A stretch of DNA of 64,000 nucleotides. Origin: Macrostomum hystrix (lineage: Eukaryota; Animalia; Platyhelminthes). Below are positions 48,735-61,729 of this stretch, piece after piece. The notes under the pieces were generated by a model. The model was given only the letters and a program-made list of their open reading frames with translations, was not told the origin of the DNA and searched no databases. The translations under genes were made by a program, and so were the position numbers. The DNA lies in NCBI GenBank assembly GCA_950097015.1, contig CATNEN010000033.1, positions 4,216,001-4,280,000 on the forward strand, given 5' to 3'. Each line of letters begins with the position of its first letter. Positions within the stretch are counted from its first letter, which is position 1.

Positions 48735-49200
48735 AATCCACTTCTCCTCGTACAAGAATCTACTTCTCCTCGTACCAAAATCTACTTCTTTTCGTACCAG
48801 AATCCACTTCTCCTCGCATCAGAATCCACTTCTCCTCGTACCAAAATCTACTTCTTTTCGTACCAGAATCCACTTCTCCTCGCATCAGAATCTACTTCTC
48901 TTCGTACCAAAATCTACTTCTCGTATCAGAATGTACTTCTCCTCGTACAAGAATCTACTTCTCCTCGTACAAGAATCTACTTCTCCTCGTACCAGAATCT
49001 ACTTCTCCTCGTACAAGAATATACTTCTCCTCGTACAAGAATCTACTTCTCCTCGTACCAGAATCTACTTCTCCTCGAACCAGAATCTACTTCTCCTCGT
49101 ACAAGAATCTACTTCTCCTCGAACCAGAATCTACTTCTCCTCGTACAAGAATCTACTTCTCCTCGAACAAAAATATACTTCTTTTCGTACCAGAATCTAC
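48735..49200. repeat. 22-bp minisatellite (AGAATCTACTTCTCCTCGTAC(A/C)) 3' of PIH1D1
   Basis: The 22-aa periodic ORF reflects the 22-bp unit. Confidence 0.93.
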
Positions 49201-49354
49201 TAGTGCTCTAATGTACTTCTGAAATGCTAGAACTTTCTATTAACTTCTCTTCTTCTAGAAGCTGGAGTCCAGATCTCAGCTCACCCGACTTTCAAATCTA
49301 CAAATCTGCCCCAATCCGTCGGTATTTGAGACCACAGGGAACCTCCAGGGCCCG

Positions 49355-51238
49355 CTAGGCCGCAGGGCCTCCGTCAACCGGCATGGTGACGGTGAGGAGG
49401 CGGTTGTCAGTGTCAAACTGCGCACAACATGCAGCTTGGTCGATGCAGACTGGCAGGTAGAAATCCAGCCTGTAGGCACGACTGCGGCAGGTGAGCAGCA
49501 GACGGTCGCCGCCAACCTGAAGCTGCAGAGAAGCTGCGTTGGCAATCAGGGGCAGGCGAATCTCGCACACAAAGTAGCTGGGCGCCCCGTGCGCCGGCTC
49601 CTGCAGCAGGCGGAACTCTGGACGGGGAGGCACCTTCGCTGCTGCCGCCGCCGCCGAGGCTGAATCGGCATCTGCCGCCTTGCTGGCGTCACCTCCGGAC
49701 ACCTCCTGGGGAGCAGTGAAGGGTGGGTGTACATTAGAACAAGATAATTAGAACAATACCCCACCCAACTTTAAAGTATTATTTTAACAATCTCGCTGTC
49801 TCATTAACTTCAGATCTAAAACTGGTACCTTAGCATCAAATCTCAAAGTTACAACTGATATAGACTAGACTGGCCCAGAGTGGATTGACTAATCAGAGAA
49901 CCTCAGCCACACTAGACTGGATTGACCAATCAGAGAACCTCAGCCACACTAGACTGGATTGAGCAATCAGAGAACCTCAGCCACACTAGACTGGATTGAC
50001 CAATCAGAGAACCTCAGCCACACTAGACTGGATTGACCAATCAGAGAACCTCAGCCACACTAGACTGGATTGACCAATCAGAGAACCTCAGCCACACTTG
50101 ACGGGATTGACCAATTGGAGAACCTCAGCCACACTAGACTGGATTGACCAATCAGAGAACCTCAGCCACACTTGACGGGATTGACCAATTGGAGAACCTC
50201 AGCCACACTAGACTGGATTGACCAATCAGAGAACCTCAGCCACACTAGACTGGATTGACCAATCAGAGAACCTCAGCCACACTAGACGGGATTGACCAAT
50301 CAGAGAACCTCAGCCACACTAGACGGGATTGACCAATCAGAGAACCTCAGCCACACTAGACGGGATTGACCAATTGGAGAACCTCAGCCACACTAGACTG
50401 GATTGACCAATCAGAGAACCTCAGCCACACTAGACGGGATTGACCAATTGGAGAACCTCAGCCACACTAGACTGGATTGACCAATTGGAGAACCTCAGCC
50501 ACACTAGACTGGATTGACCAATCAGAGAACCTCAGCCACACTAGACTGGATTGACCAATCAGAGAACCTCAGCCACACTAGACTTGATTAACCAATGAGA
50601 GAATAGTAGGCGAAGCGAGTTTTTGTCTGAAAATTCGATACGCTAATCAGGCTCACCTGAATAAAAGGCTTCGGCGCGCCGCCGGAGCGCACGAAATGCT
50701 GCGCCGCCTGCTGTTCCAGACTGCCAACATAGCGTTTGTTGCGCAACACGGTAAGATCTCGCCTGCTCAAGCTGAGCCCGTGCTTTGCTTCCACGCCCTC
50801 CACGGCCAGGCTAATAGCAAAGTTCTTGTACAGCTCGCTGTCTCGCATGCGATCTAGCAGGCGCGGATTGGCCACCACGTCGATGGCGGTGCAGGCCGCG
50901 CCGGCGTGATCCCGCTCGGCGCGTGGCTCCCCGATGCTCAGCGGCACGCGGAACCTGGCCGCGTGGCTGTCTGGGTCCTCCAGCAGGCGGGCCAGCTGCT
51001 CGTCTGTGGCCTCGGGCGGAGCGGGCAGATCGGCGCTCTGGCACAGGTTGATGAAGCACTTGCCGCCGCCAGCCTGCTCGATGCGACTTTTGATGCAGAG
51101 TCCGGGCTTGTAGCTCACCTGGCGACTGGCTGCCGCGGCGGTCGCGCCCGATCCAACGGTGTCCTGCGAGGCCAGCAGCTGCTGAAGGATTCGCAGCTTA
51201 TCCTCGGAGTCAGGCTCCTCCATAGCTGGAAGGGACAT
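49355..51238 (-). CDS. PIH1D1: PIH1 domain-containing protein 1 (R2TP co-chaperone subunit), 310 aa. Exons: 51238-50657, 49705-49355
   Basis: PIH1 domain KPGLCIKS...KCFINLCQS..P.P...FRVPLSIGEPRAERD..G.AC..IDV..NP. C-terminal CS-like domain RPEFRL...RLDFYLPV.ID....AQFD...LLTVTMPV. Phase-0 GT-AG intron. Confidence 0.9.
49885..50585. repeat. 37-bp minisatellite (GATTGACCAATCAGAGAACCTCAGCCACACTAGACTG), ~19 copies, in the PIH1D1 intron
   Basis: Period of 37 (49921 to 49958). Confidence 0.96.
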
Positions 51239-52314
51239 TGTCCAGCTCGCTAGTTAGCTCGGCGCTGCAAATCGAAACGACACTGGCCTCGGCTAAAAAC
51301 TGGTTTAAACTAGCAGCTACAGGAGGAAATAGTGTCCATGAGCAAGACACTTAATTCCCTGAGTTTCCTACCACCCCTAGCAACAGCTGGGGTCTATGGA
51401 CTGGTGTACACAGCTTTTTGAAGCGCCTTTGACTAGCTGCGACTGAGCCTTTGGCTGTCTAAAGAGGCTAGCAAACCAATCACAATGTAGCAATGTGCTA
51501 TTAATTGCTACACATTAGAAATCAACAGAAAAAACGACAAAACTTTAATGCGTTAAGAAATGTGTTATAGTAGCTTGTTTTAGTAACAATTGTTTCTTAC
51601 TCTGAGATATACTTGTATTTGAGAATAAAACAAGTAGCAACAAAGACCTGAAGGCGGAAATTTTTTTTAATCTTGTTTGATTATGTAAGGCAGCAATGTA
51701 CACAGATATGGGCATTGGTCCGCAAAGCTGGTCTAGTCGTTGTATACTTCGCTTATAGTGTAACTTATGGCAAAAGTACATGCTCACTGAAATAGTTATC
51801 TATTACTATAAAAACGATTTCTTCAGGCAGATTGGTCAATCTAAGGACAGTCACTTTGTTGCTTAAAATGAATGATTGATCTCTGTTTAAATGTAAGTCT
51901 ATGAGACCCAATCACTAGTATCTGTGACCACGTGTTTGATATTATAAGTATAGCAAAGCTATTAAACAAGAAAACTCAAGTGTTTTGTTTAAAAAACACG
52001 GAACGTTGATAGGTAAAAAATTACAAAGCCTATTTTGTGGCTGAAACAATGACAACAAAAAACTTGTTTCACTACTGGTCTATGCAGAATAGTAGTGTGA
52101 TAAGTACTCAAAACACAACACTGCTAAATATGTTTTGCTGCAAGTTAAGCAAAAAACTGAGATATGAAACAAAGAGAATTAATCGAACAAGTACTCGCTC
52201 AAAAAGCTAGAGCAAAGCCTTTGTGATTGAGAAGAAAAAACTAGCAAATTAGTTCAGGGTACACGTCCTCATTGTGCGCACTAATCTTAAAAAACGATGC
52301 TGGTTTGTTTAAAT

Positions 52315-55300
52315 CTACTCCGCAGCAGGGGCCCCACCTGCCGGTTCGTAATGTTGCACCTGAAATTAGGGTGTTTTCAGCAGCAAGTTTTCAGCCTTGT
52401 CATTTTTGCTAATACTCGTGATTTGACACGAACTAATTCTCTTTTGTCTCTTTAGATTCCAGTTTTAGCACATAATAGTCACCTGCTTGTTTATGGACAC
52501 AGGGGTATCAGCAATTACCTCTGTCCTTTGGTAAGTCATTACACCTGCCTTCTATTAGCAAATGCCTGTGACCTTGGTAAGTAATTACACCTGCCCTCTA
52601 TTAGCAAATGCCTGTGACCTTTGGTAAGTCATTACACCTGCCCTCTATTAGCAAATGCCTGTGAACTTGGTAAGTAATTACACCTGCCCTCTATTAGCAA
52701 ATGCCTGTGACCTTTGGTAAGTCATTACACCTGCCCTCTATTAGCAAATGCCTGTGACCTTGGTAAGTAATTACACCTGCCCTCTATTAGCAAATGCCTG
52801 TGACCTTTGGTAAGTCATTACACCTGCCCTCTATTAGCAAATGCCTGTGACCTTGGTAAGTAATTACACCTGCCCTCTATTAGCAAATGCCTGTGACCTT
52901 TGGTAAGTCATTACACCTGCCCTCTATTAGCAAATGCCTGTGAACTTGGTAAGTCATTACACCTGCCCTCTATTAGCAAATGCCTGTGACCTTTGGTAAG
53001 TAATTACACCTGCCCTCTATTAGCAAATACCTGTGACCATTGGTAAGTCATTACACCTGCCCTCTATTAGCAAATACCTGTGACCTTTGGTAAGTCATTA
53101 CACCTGCCCTCTATTAGCAAATACCTGTGACCTTTGGTAAGTCATTACACCTGCCGTCTATTAGCAATTACCTCTGTCCTTTGATTGGCAATTAACTATT
53201 GTTCTTAGGTTAACTGTTTAACCCTGGCTGTAAATATCGATTAGCTAGCCTGATCTAGAGATGTAAACAGAATGAATAAAATCTGAAAAAAGCCATCACT
53301 GACCTTGTCGCGCAGCTCCTTGTTCTCGGCCTCCAGCTGTTCAACCCGAGTCCGCAGCTCAGTGATTTCCACCTTCATAGCTTCAACATCCGGGGCGTCC
53401 GGTCCAGTGGTGCCCAGGTGCTGCTTGAGAAATTCCAGCGCATTGTTTGGTTTCTCTGGTTCTTCGTACAAGCCGACAAGAACTGAAAAATGGAAATTTG
53501 TACAAGGAAATATGTTAATGTCCTATACTAACTATTGGCAAAGCAAACATGGTGGAAATTCGCTACAAGGTACATAATTGCAAATGGCATAGCTGACTCA
53601 CCCTTTGTGAGCGCGTCCAGCACACCAGATTTCTCCAGGTACTTGCGAAACTCCTCCCGCTTTGAGTCGGCTGCCTGAATCAGCAAATAAAATTGGTAGG
53701 AGAAAACAGTAAATTTAACTGGCACCTCACGGTTATGAACCACTTAATGTACATTTTAATACTTTTGGAGTATATAATGTGTACTCTTTTATCCTAAATT
53801 TTTTCCAAAATTCAACTGAAATGACAGCTGTTGTTTATTTGTTTTCTTAGCAGCAAAAAGCACTGCAGCAATACTCATAAAATATACCATCCTGCAGCAT
53901 TGTATAAAAAACTATTAACATATTGCACTTGGTATCATAGAGAATGGAAGGACTGCACATATGAAAAAAGTTAAACAGTTACAACTTCTGTCAATGAAGG
54001 AGTATAATTTATATAGAGGCACCAGTGGCCATTACAAGTTTGTTTATTTCATGACTGTTCTTAAGTGTCATTCATGTACAGAAGTAATGGAAAGAAATTT
54101 GGAGGTTTACATTATTTTTTATACATTTTTAAACAGGTACAAGATTAGAAATAATAATAAACAGGTGTACCTATTGACAAAACTATCTCAATTGTTCTTG
54201 CTCTACTTGCTTCACTTTGATCTGAGATAAGTGGCTTAATCCTGACCTAAAAATGTCAAATAATGAAGGTTGAAAAGGCTAGAACAGTGGAGCACCAGCA
54301 GTCTTGCTTGGAAGGCTAAGTGATTGTCTTATTTTCTTTGAAACTTTAAGTGCATAGGTTTACATTGAACATGATAATAATAACAGTTTGGTTTATCAGT
54401 AATTACTAATTTATTCAACTTAATTGAAAACAGAATTAAAACTAAATAAATAAACTTACATAAAAATTGCTAGCTAGTGGAATAGCTTATATGTGATCAG
54501 TTCTTACTGTTAGTTACAATTACATTTTTTCATTGGCTTTATTAAATAAAGGCCTAGTCAAAATTATAAGTATGCATAGCTAAGCTACTAGCCTACTATA
54601 AGCAAACTAAGGTCGATAAGAATATTGATAGGCATAGGCTTATATTAAAACCTGCTAAAAGTATTGTAAATGAGATTTTGAAATAATTAGACCATGTTTG
54701 CTGAATTAAAACAAAATTTTACTTCCTAATTTTAGTATTTTAGTAAGTATTCAAAACTTATAAGTTTTAGCCATTGGCAGATTTAACAAATTTTTAAATA
54801 CAAATGGAAAGGTTGATTTAACTGTTTAAGATAGTTTCAGTTTCAGTGTTGTAAATAGTCCTATTTTGAAATCATCCTAGACAAGTGGCAGATGGGGTTC
54901 AATGACCATTTTGGTCAAAAATTTGGCTTGGTCTCCCATAATAATATTTTAGGTCCTCTAGCAGAAGGGGTGTTGATTGGCTAGGGCTAGGGGTTTAGTA
55001 CTGTCTGCCCCAAACTGGTCAAGGCTGGGGTGGGAGTTAGTTGTTAATGCTAATGTCCAAATATATAATAGTTTGTGCAGTTGCAGGCCTTTTCAACCTT
55101 CTAAATCACTACTGTTCTGTTCTTCTTTTGGCCATGCTGCCTCAGCACAACAGGGGGCTGTCCAGCCTGGTTGCACCAATGCATTTATGCAAGCTGCAAG
55201 ATTATAGGCAGTGTCCCTAATATTGATTCATGGCTTGCTGATAGACAATGTAGCCACTGTGACCAAAGTTTTTTTCTGTCCAAAATACAGATGCAAGCTA

Positions 55301-58300
55301 GCATCTTATCCCCAAAGTCTAGGTGCAAAAAAACCTAGGTACAAATTGCATCTGATGCCCAAAAATTAGGTGCAAGTCCAGTGTATTTTTAGTGCACCCA
55401 ATTTGCATAAAAAACCCTGACCATGATGACTATAATGCCTAAACTAAAGGGCACAGCAGCCATGTTCATAAGCAAGCCACAAATCAATATTAGTTATTGG
55501 CTGCAAGTCATGGCAGTAATTGGGTAGGTATCTAAAGGGTTGATTATCAATGGTCATTTCGTCTCGGCCACTTAAATATTGTCTCGTCTGCCAATATATA
55601 ATATAGTCAATCTATCTGCTAACATAGGCACTAGTTGAAAAAACTAATAACCAATAATGAATTCTCATCAAGCTTCATATTGAAATGTAATATAAACATC
55701 TTATAATTTATAATTTGTTATAATGCTAGGATTTTTCTGAAATTTCCGGAGCTAATAAGCAGCTTAAAAATACACATAGCTGGGACCAACCATTTCCATA
55801 TCTAAACATTGCCAATGGTTGCATCTGTCACACTGAAGGGCATGCTGTCTTGCTGTAACAACAGCATGGCGAACGACACAATCATCCATGAAAGCAAAAG
55901 CTAAGGCTAAAGCTATAATATTCTTCTTAAAAACCATTTCTAAATTTGGAATATATTTCTATGAATGATGCCATTACACAAAAATAATATAAGTTTGTTT
56001 TGCTGAAAATATTTATCATTATAAATACACTTTCTATAATAAAAGAAATGTTTTAGAATAAAATGTTTTTACAGTCTTCATCCCTTTTCAAAATAGTCGT
56101 TATGTCTGCCACGAGACGAAATGACCGCCCATCATCTAAAGCGTGGGAAATTTGTATGATCAAAAGTCCTAAATGGTGTTTGTATGTTTGAGCCTATATA
56201 ATTGCAGAAACGTGCAGCTATAATGCTGCGCTGACTGCGCTCTCCTCGGTTGGCTCGGTGAGCCGCGCCCCCCCGGCTGCGGCTGCAAAAGTCAGCACCA
56301 AGGTGAAGCGGGGCAAGCGGAGCCCTCGGCGCAGGATCGAAAGGCGCCGTGAACGGAACCGCCGAGGCCTGAAGCTATGCGTCGCCAGCCCATCCCACTC
56401 ACTATGGATCTTCCGGGTGGCGCCGGAGACCATATGAGGCCCATGCAACGTCAGTGGGCCCCAGCCGTACCAGAGAACACGCTTAGAATTGCATCCTTCA
56501 ACTGCCGCACATTAAAGGCTACCTGGCGAAGAGGAATGGTAGCCCAACTCGCTGAAGAACTACGGGTGGACATACTGATGTTGCAAGAACTCTCCATCGT
56601 CAGGGGACCAGACTTGCAAGTGGAAGACTTTGGTGGCGGCTGGACCCTGTTCCACACCTCCGCAGACAAGAAGCTAGGGACGTGGCGGGGTCGGTGCCCT
56701 TATGAACCCTCGGCTGCGATAAGGCGTCCGCTGTCTCCCCCTGAACCCTCGGCTGATGCGGGCGGACATTCGCCAACGCAACCGCAACAACAGCTGCCCA
56801 CCCAGACGAAGCTGGCAGGTTTTTCGATCTCCTGTTTTTCGATCAACTTGAAGCAACTTGTAACGCAACCAGCAGGCTCGCACAGCTAGATCACATTTTG
56901 CTGCGAAACCGCGAACGCCGCCATGCTTTGAATTGCGACACCATCAGACCACTGGCCCTGGGGTCCGACCACAAGTTACTGCATGTGACTTGCGACTTCG
57001 CGACCCTTTACCAACCACCAAAGAAAAAACCGAGGCGCTTCTTCAGAGCATTGCGGAACCACCAACCAGGCAACTATAATAGAAGCCGCTTCTCTCGCGC
57101 CTTCTCCACCGCGCTGGGCAACTTCCAAACTGCCCAGTATGCCGACATCTGCGCCGCCATTCACTCCGCAGCGGAAAGCACGCTGCCACTCGTGCGACTA
57201 CCGCAGCGCTGGCAACCAGTGTGGATGAGCGACCCAGCAATCAGAAAGGCCAAAGAGCGATTGCAACGACTTAGGAGGAGCAGTCGCGCAACAGACGAGG
57301 CAGAAAATGCTCTTGCCACTGTCTACAAAGAGCAGCAGCTGGCTGCGGTGGGCGAGGCCATCCGTGCTGTCACATCCGCCGCCCCGGACAGGAAGAGCGG
57401 CACCGTCTGGACTGCCATCAACACCCTCACGAGTAGGAAACAGCGCTCGGCACTTAACCTGGCTGGGGACACACCAGAGGAGCGCAAGAACAGCCTGCGG
57501 GACTTCTTCTCCAGCATAGTGAACGCGCCGCCTCCTGCACTCCCCGATGCACTCGCACTACCACCAGGCACATCGCTGCCGCCTCCACACAAATTCTGCA
57601 CCGGACATGTGACTGCAACCGACGTCTCTCAGCTCGCCAAGAACACACCAGGCGGCAAGGCTACGGGCCCCGACGAAATCTCAATTGAGGCGCTCAGAAT
57701 GCCCAAGGTTGTCCAGGAGATAGCTCGTGGCCAGGTGATCAATGGCGTCCTCGACACAGGCATCGCACCTCCTGAGTGGACCCGAGCCCACATCGTCAGC
57801 ATCCCCAAGAAGCCGGGCACAAACAAGATCGAAGAACACCGAGGCATCTCGATCCTTAATGTCCTGCGCCGCCAAGCTGTATAACAAAGTTGCTACTGAT
57901 GCGCTTGCAGCCTGTGCTGGACCCGTACCTGCGGCATGAGTAGAATGGGTTCCGGCCACGACGCGGCACTGTCACACAAATTCTGGCGCTCATCATCGGA
58001 GAATCATCGAGGAATCGCGCATTCGCCAGTCAGACCTTTTCTGTCTTTTTGTTGACTTCCTGAAGGCCTTCGACTCAGTGGCTCGAGGCGCGATACCACT
58101 GGTTCTCCGAGCCTACAATGTACCAGAAAAGCTTATCGCAGCAGTGATGGCGCATTCACAACATAACATATTTTTAATAATGCCCCCTTTTCAGGCCACT
58201 TGTGGTCGCTGGATATTGTACTTATTGTATTGTATTTTATTGTATCGTATGTTGTTAATTCCAAGTTTTTAATTATATAGTGCATAAAAGACAACAATAC

Positions 58301-58669
58301 TTTACTTTGTAACCAGCTTGTCCTAATTTGCAACATTGAAAATGTAGTCATGTACCCAGATCCCACAAAAACATGTATCCCTTGCATGCACATAAGTATG
58401 TATAGCTAGGGCCTAGGGCTTATCGTCGACATTGTCTAAAATACATACATGTATTTTAATCCATTATACTGTCGTACCTGACGCCACGAATTTATTGGAA
58501 TTTTGTCATTTCATTTTTCTTTTATATAAGCATAGCACAAAGCTAAGCTATGACAAGTCATGCCTGCCAATACAGATGAAAAAATATAATTTAAAAGTTT
58601 TGGTTGTAGGCAAAAAAAACAAAAAGTGGTAACTACGCAAAAAAAGAGTTTTACCTTGTAGGACGTCAT
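52315..58669 (-). CDS. MYCBP: c-Myc-binding protein (MYCBP/AMY-1), 103 aa. Exons: 58669-58655, 53674-53602, 53482-53304, 52359-52315
   Basis: Spliced product MTSYK|AADSKREEFRKYLEKSGVLDALTK|VLVGLYEEPEKPNNALEFLKQHLG...VEQLEAENKELRDK|VQHYEPAGGAPAAE*. Exons of 15/73/179/45 nt give a continuous frame with canonical sites. Confidence 0.95.
52510..53185. repeat. 46/47-bp minisatellite (GCAAATGCCTGTGACC[T]TTGGTAAGT(A/C)ATTACACCTGCCCTCTATTA) in MYCBP intron 3
   Basis: About 14 copies, largely alternating 46 and 47 bp. Confidence 0.95.
56225..58160 (+). mobile_element. Decayed non-LTR retrotransposon (APE endonuclease + partial RT; RTE-like), antisense within MYCBP intron 1
   Basis: APE motifs LRIASFNCRTL, DILMLQEL and QLDHILL...GSDH. 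RT motifs ATGPDEI, PPEWTRAHIVSIPKK, HRGISIL, LRHE*NGFR and FVDFLKAFDSV. Frameshifts and stops present; homology ends at about 58160, before any YADD motif. Confidence 0.88.
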
Positions 58670-61600
58670 AGTTGTCGCTTTTGAATCAAGAAAACCAAGA
58701 ATTATTATCAAATATAATCTCTGTGAGTCCTCTACCACGCTTCCGACGAAAAATGGTACTTTAAATTAGTTAAGTTAGCGCGCGCGTGTTGTCAACATTT
58801 TTAAGCGTTGCTATAATCACATATATTAACAAAAACTTGCATCTTCATAGCCTTTCAAAGAATCTTAAGACAATAAGTTAGTCAAGAATTCAGAAAATTT
58901 ATAGTTATTGTGTGAATGTTTAATGAGTTTATGTCAAATAATTTGATACATTTAACTTAACTTGTTAAAAAAAATCTACAAAAAACAGAATACAAACGTA
59001 AATTAGGCCCTATTCACACACGAACGCAGCAGTATTAACAGGCGCGTAACTAGGATTTTGTTTCGGGGGTAAAAAAATGTTTTTTAAAAAAATTTTGTTT
59101 TTAGCCCCTACTTTGACTCTGAAGTTCATTCACTTTTAGGAAATTGGAGTCTACTGAAGTAAGAGATATTTCATGCCTCAAGGTGCCAAACAATAAAATC
59201 ACCAGCAGCATTCAAAAGTGGTAAATGCTGCTGGTTTACTATATAATGCCAGAAGTTTTGTCTTATGCAATACTAAATCCGAGTAAAATGACTTGTAATC
59301 AATTTAAAAGTGTGTGTACAGCATATTTTGAACAATTGTTCCAACAGGGCAGCAAAAAATCTGACCCAAGACTTTTACCATTTGTGACTTATGCTTAGAA
59401 AGAATAAACCTAAATATATATAAACTATAGACACTAGTCCTATGCAATGCTTCAATATCGGGCCACTTAAATAGCTAGGCCCAGTAATTACAATAAAGTC
59501 TACCTAGCTATTTTTAGCCTAGGCCCTATAAATATTTGTTATCAAGCCAAAATTTTATGAGGCTTCCTATATTATATCAATATTCCTCAGTTGGGCAATC
59601 TTTCTATTTCTCACATTAATTTTATTTTTTTTGATTAGTGCTAAATCTGTTCTTGTAGGCCTACAGTTCTAGTTTCAGGCTCTAAATTTGCATGATTGCA
59701 TCTTTGAATATTATGTTGTAGCATATTCTGTAATTTTAGAAAGTGTCACAGGTCTTTCCTTTATTATTTTGTGTGACTATAATTTCAATCCTACTGATGC
59801 CACCAAAGCTATTGCTGCTTATTTAATATCCTACTGGTGTCACTAAAGTTGTAATGACTTATTATATTAGTTGATATCAATCCCTTGAGGATTATTGTAC
59901 ACTGTAATATATAATTACAATATTTATTCTCCCTGTGTGTTTATTGTAATATCTAATTACTGAATTTATTCTCCTATGGGTTTATGTGGATTTCAGTTCT
60001 TTCGTTTGCCGCCAGTTCATCTGCTCAGTAGACAAAAAAGCAAACTAGTTTGTCTGCTGGCCATTCTATGGCATTGGCATATATGAGTATAAGCCCTGCC
60101 ATGTAGTTTGTGTGTGTGTATAGGGGTGTATTTGTTGCAAGGACCACTGAATTTGAATAGAAGCATCTTCTATAGATGCTATTTATAGAAGTCCTTGGTT
60201 TGTTGGCACCATAGATGCGCAACCTCCCAAATCTTAGCTGGCCGTGCGACTAGTTTTTGCTCTCATTTGTGACTTAGTTTGTTTCATTGCTCTATTTACA
60301 ACTTAGTTTGCTCTCATTTTTCTCTCCCCTTTTTCCATTTCTTCACGCCTTCCTTTTTTGTCCCTTGGTCCCCCTTTGATTTTTTTGCACTTGGTCTATT
60401 GGTTTTTGCGATTTAACCTTGCTTGGCCCTCATTTCACCTGGCCGGTTCGGCCGGGTGTTGCGCATGTATGGTTGGCACCAAAACCTCTGGGTTTCATGG
60501 AGTGTTGGAGTAGGGCTCACAGGAATCCCCAATTGAGACAAGAGCTGTTCTCACTTACTTCTTTCATTTTCATATTTAATATTTGTAGCAAATTTGCAGC
60601 ATTACTTTTAGTAGAAAACACACATTTTTATGCTATTGTACTAAATTGAAATGCAATAAAATGCTTGGTCAGAATAAAAATCGAATCACAGGAATCTCTA
60701 GAACTTCTGTCTCTTTGTCCAGAACCATTTTCTCTCCCCTTCTCCTTCCCTTTCTCTTTCCCCTTCTACATTCCCTTTCTCTCCCTACCTGTAAAGTAAT
60801 GACTAAGCAAGTTATTGCAGAGCTTGTCTACTTAGTCCTATTTTTTTCTATGCCAATATTAGTTTTAGTCATTCCACGAGTGACTCAATATAAACACACA
60901 TATCTCAAATCACTTGAGATCAGATCAATCACCACTGCAAGCATTCTGTCACATGACAAGCAACATGGCTAAAAAAGTCAACAGACTAGGATATGAATAT
61001 GATTTATTCCTCGCTTTCTGCTGACAAGATTATTTAGGCATATCATACAAATGTATTTGGCTTTAGAAATTATGATAGATTTATTACCTGACCATTTTAT
61101 ATTTTAATATTTTCTCAATCGGTGTATTGAGAAGCAATTGTCTGGGCGTTGCTGGGGCCTATTGTTTGCGAGTTGAGACTCAATGCTCTGCTTTCTATTG
61201 TTCTCTTTTACTACTGGTTTGTTTACCACATGGAGCTGCCCATGCAATGGGTCGCTTGCAGTTGTGTAGACAGGGATTTCAATTTGAGGTAGGATGGCGG
61301 GCGGCACATTCTCGATACTCGCGGCAATGAGAGTGTATGATTTACGACTAATAATATGGGCACATGTTCATAAAACATATGCCCGTATTATGTTCATTAT
61401 TAAGACAATAGACAAAGTTTATACACAACAGAATGATGATAATTTGCACAATTTGTGAATGACAGGGTATACATTTAAAATACGAGCTCACATTTCAAAT
61501 TGGCATTCACTTGCAATAAAATTATGAGTATGAGTAATTGAACAGAGTATAGACAGAGTATAAACAGTTGCGACTACAAAAATGCAACTTGAGCAGCACC

Positions 61601-61729
61601 ACTTAGTTTTTGAAAAGTTCATGTTCTTAAAGTGATAAAAACCAAAGCAAAAATATTTAACATCCTCAGTCATTGTGGCATCAGTGAGTAGTTACTCACG
61701 AAGTTAGTTACTCAGTGGGCAGCTTGTAA

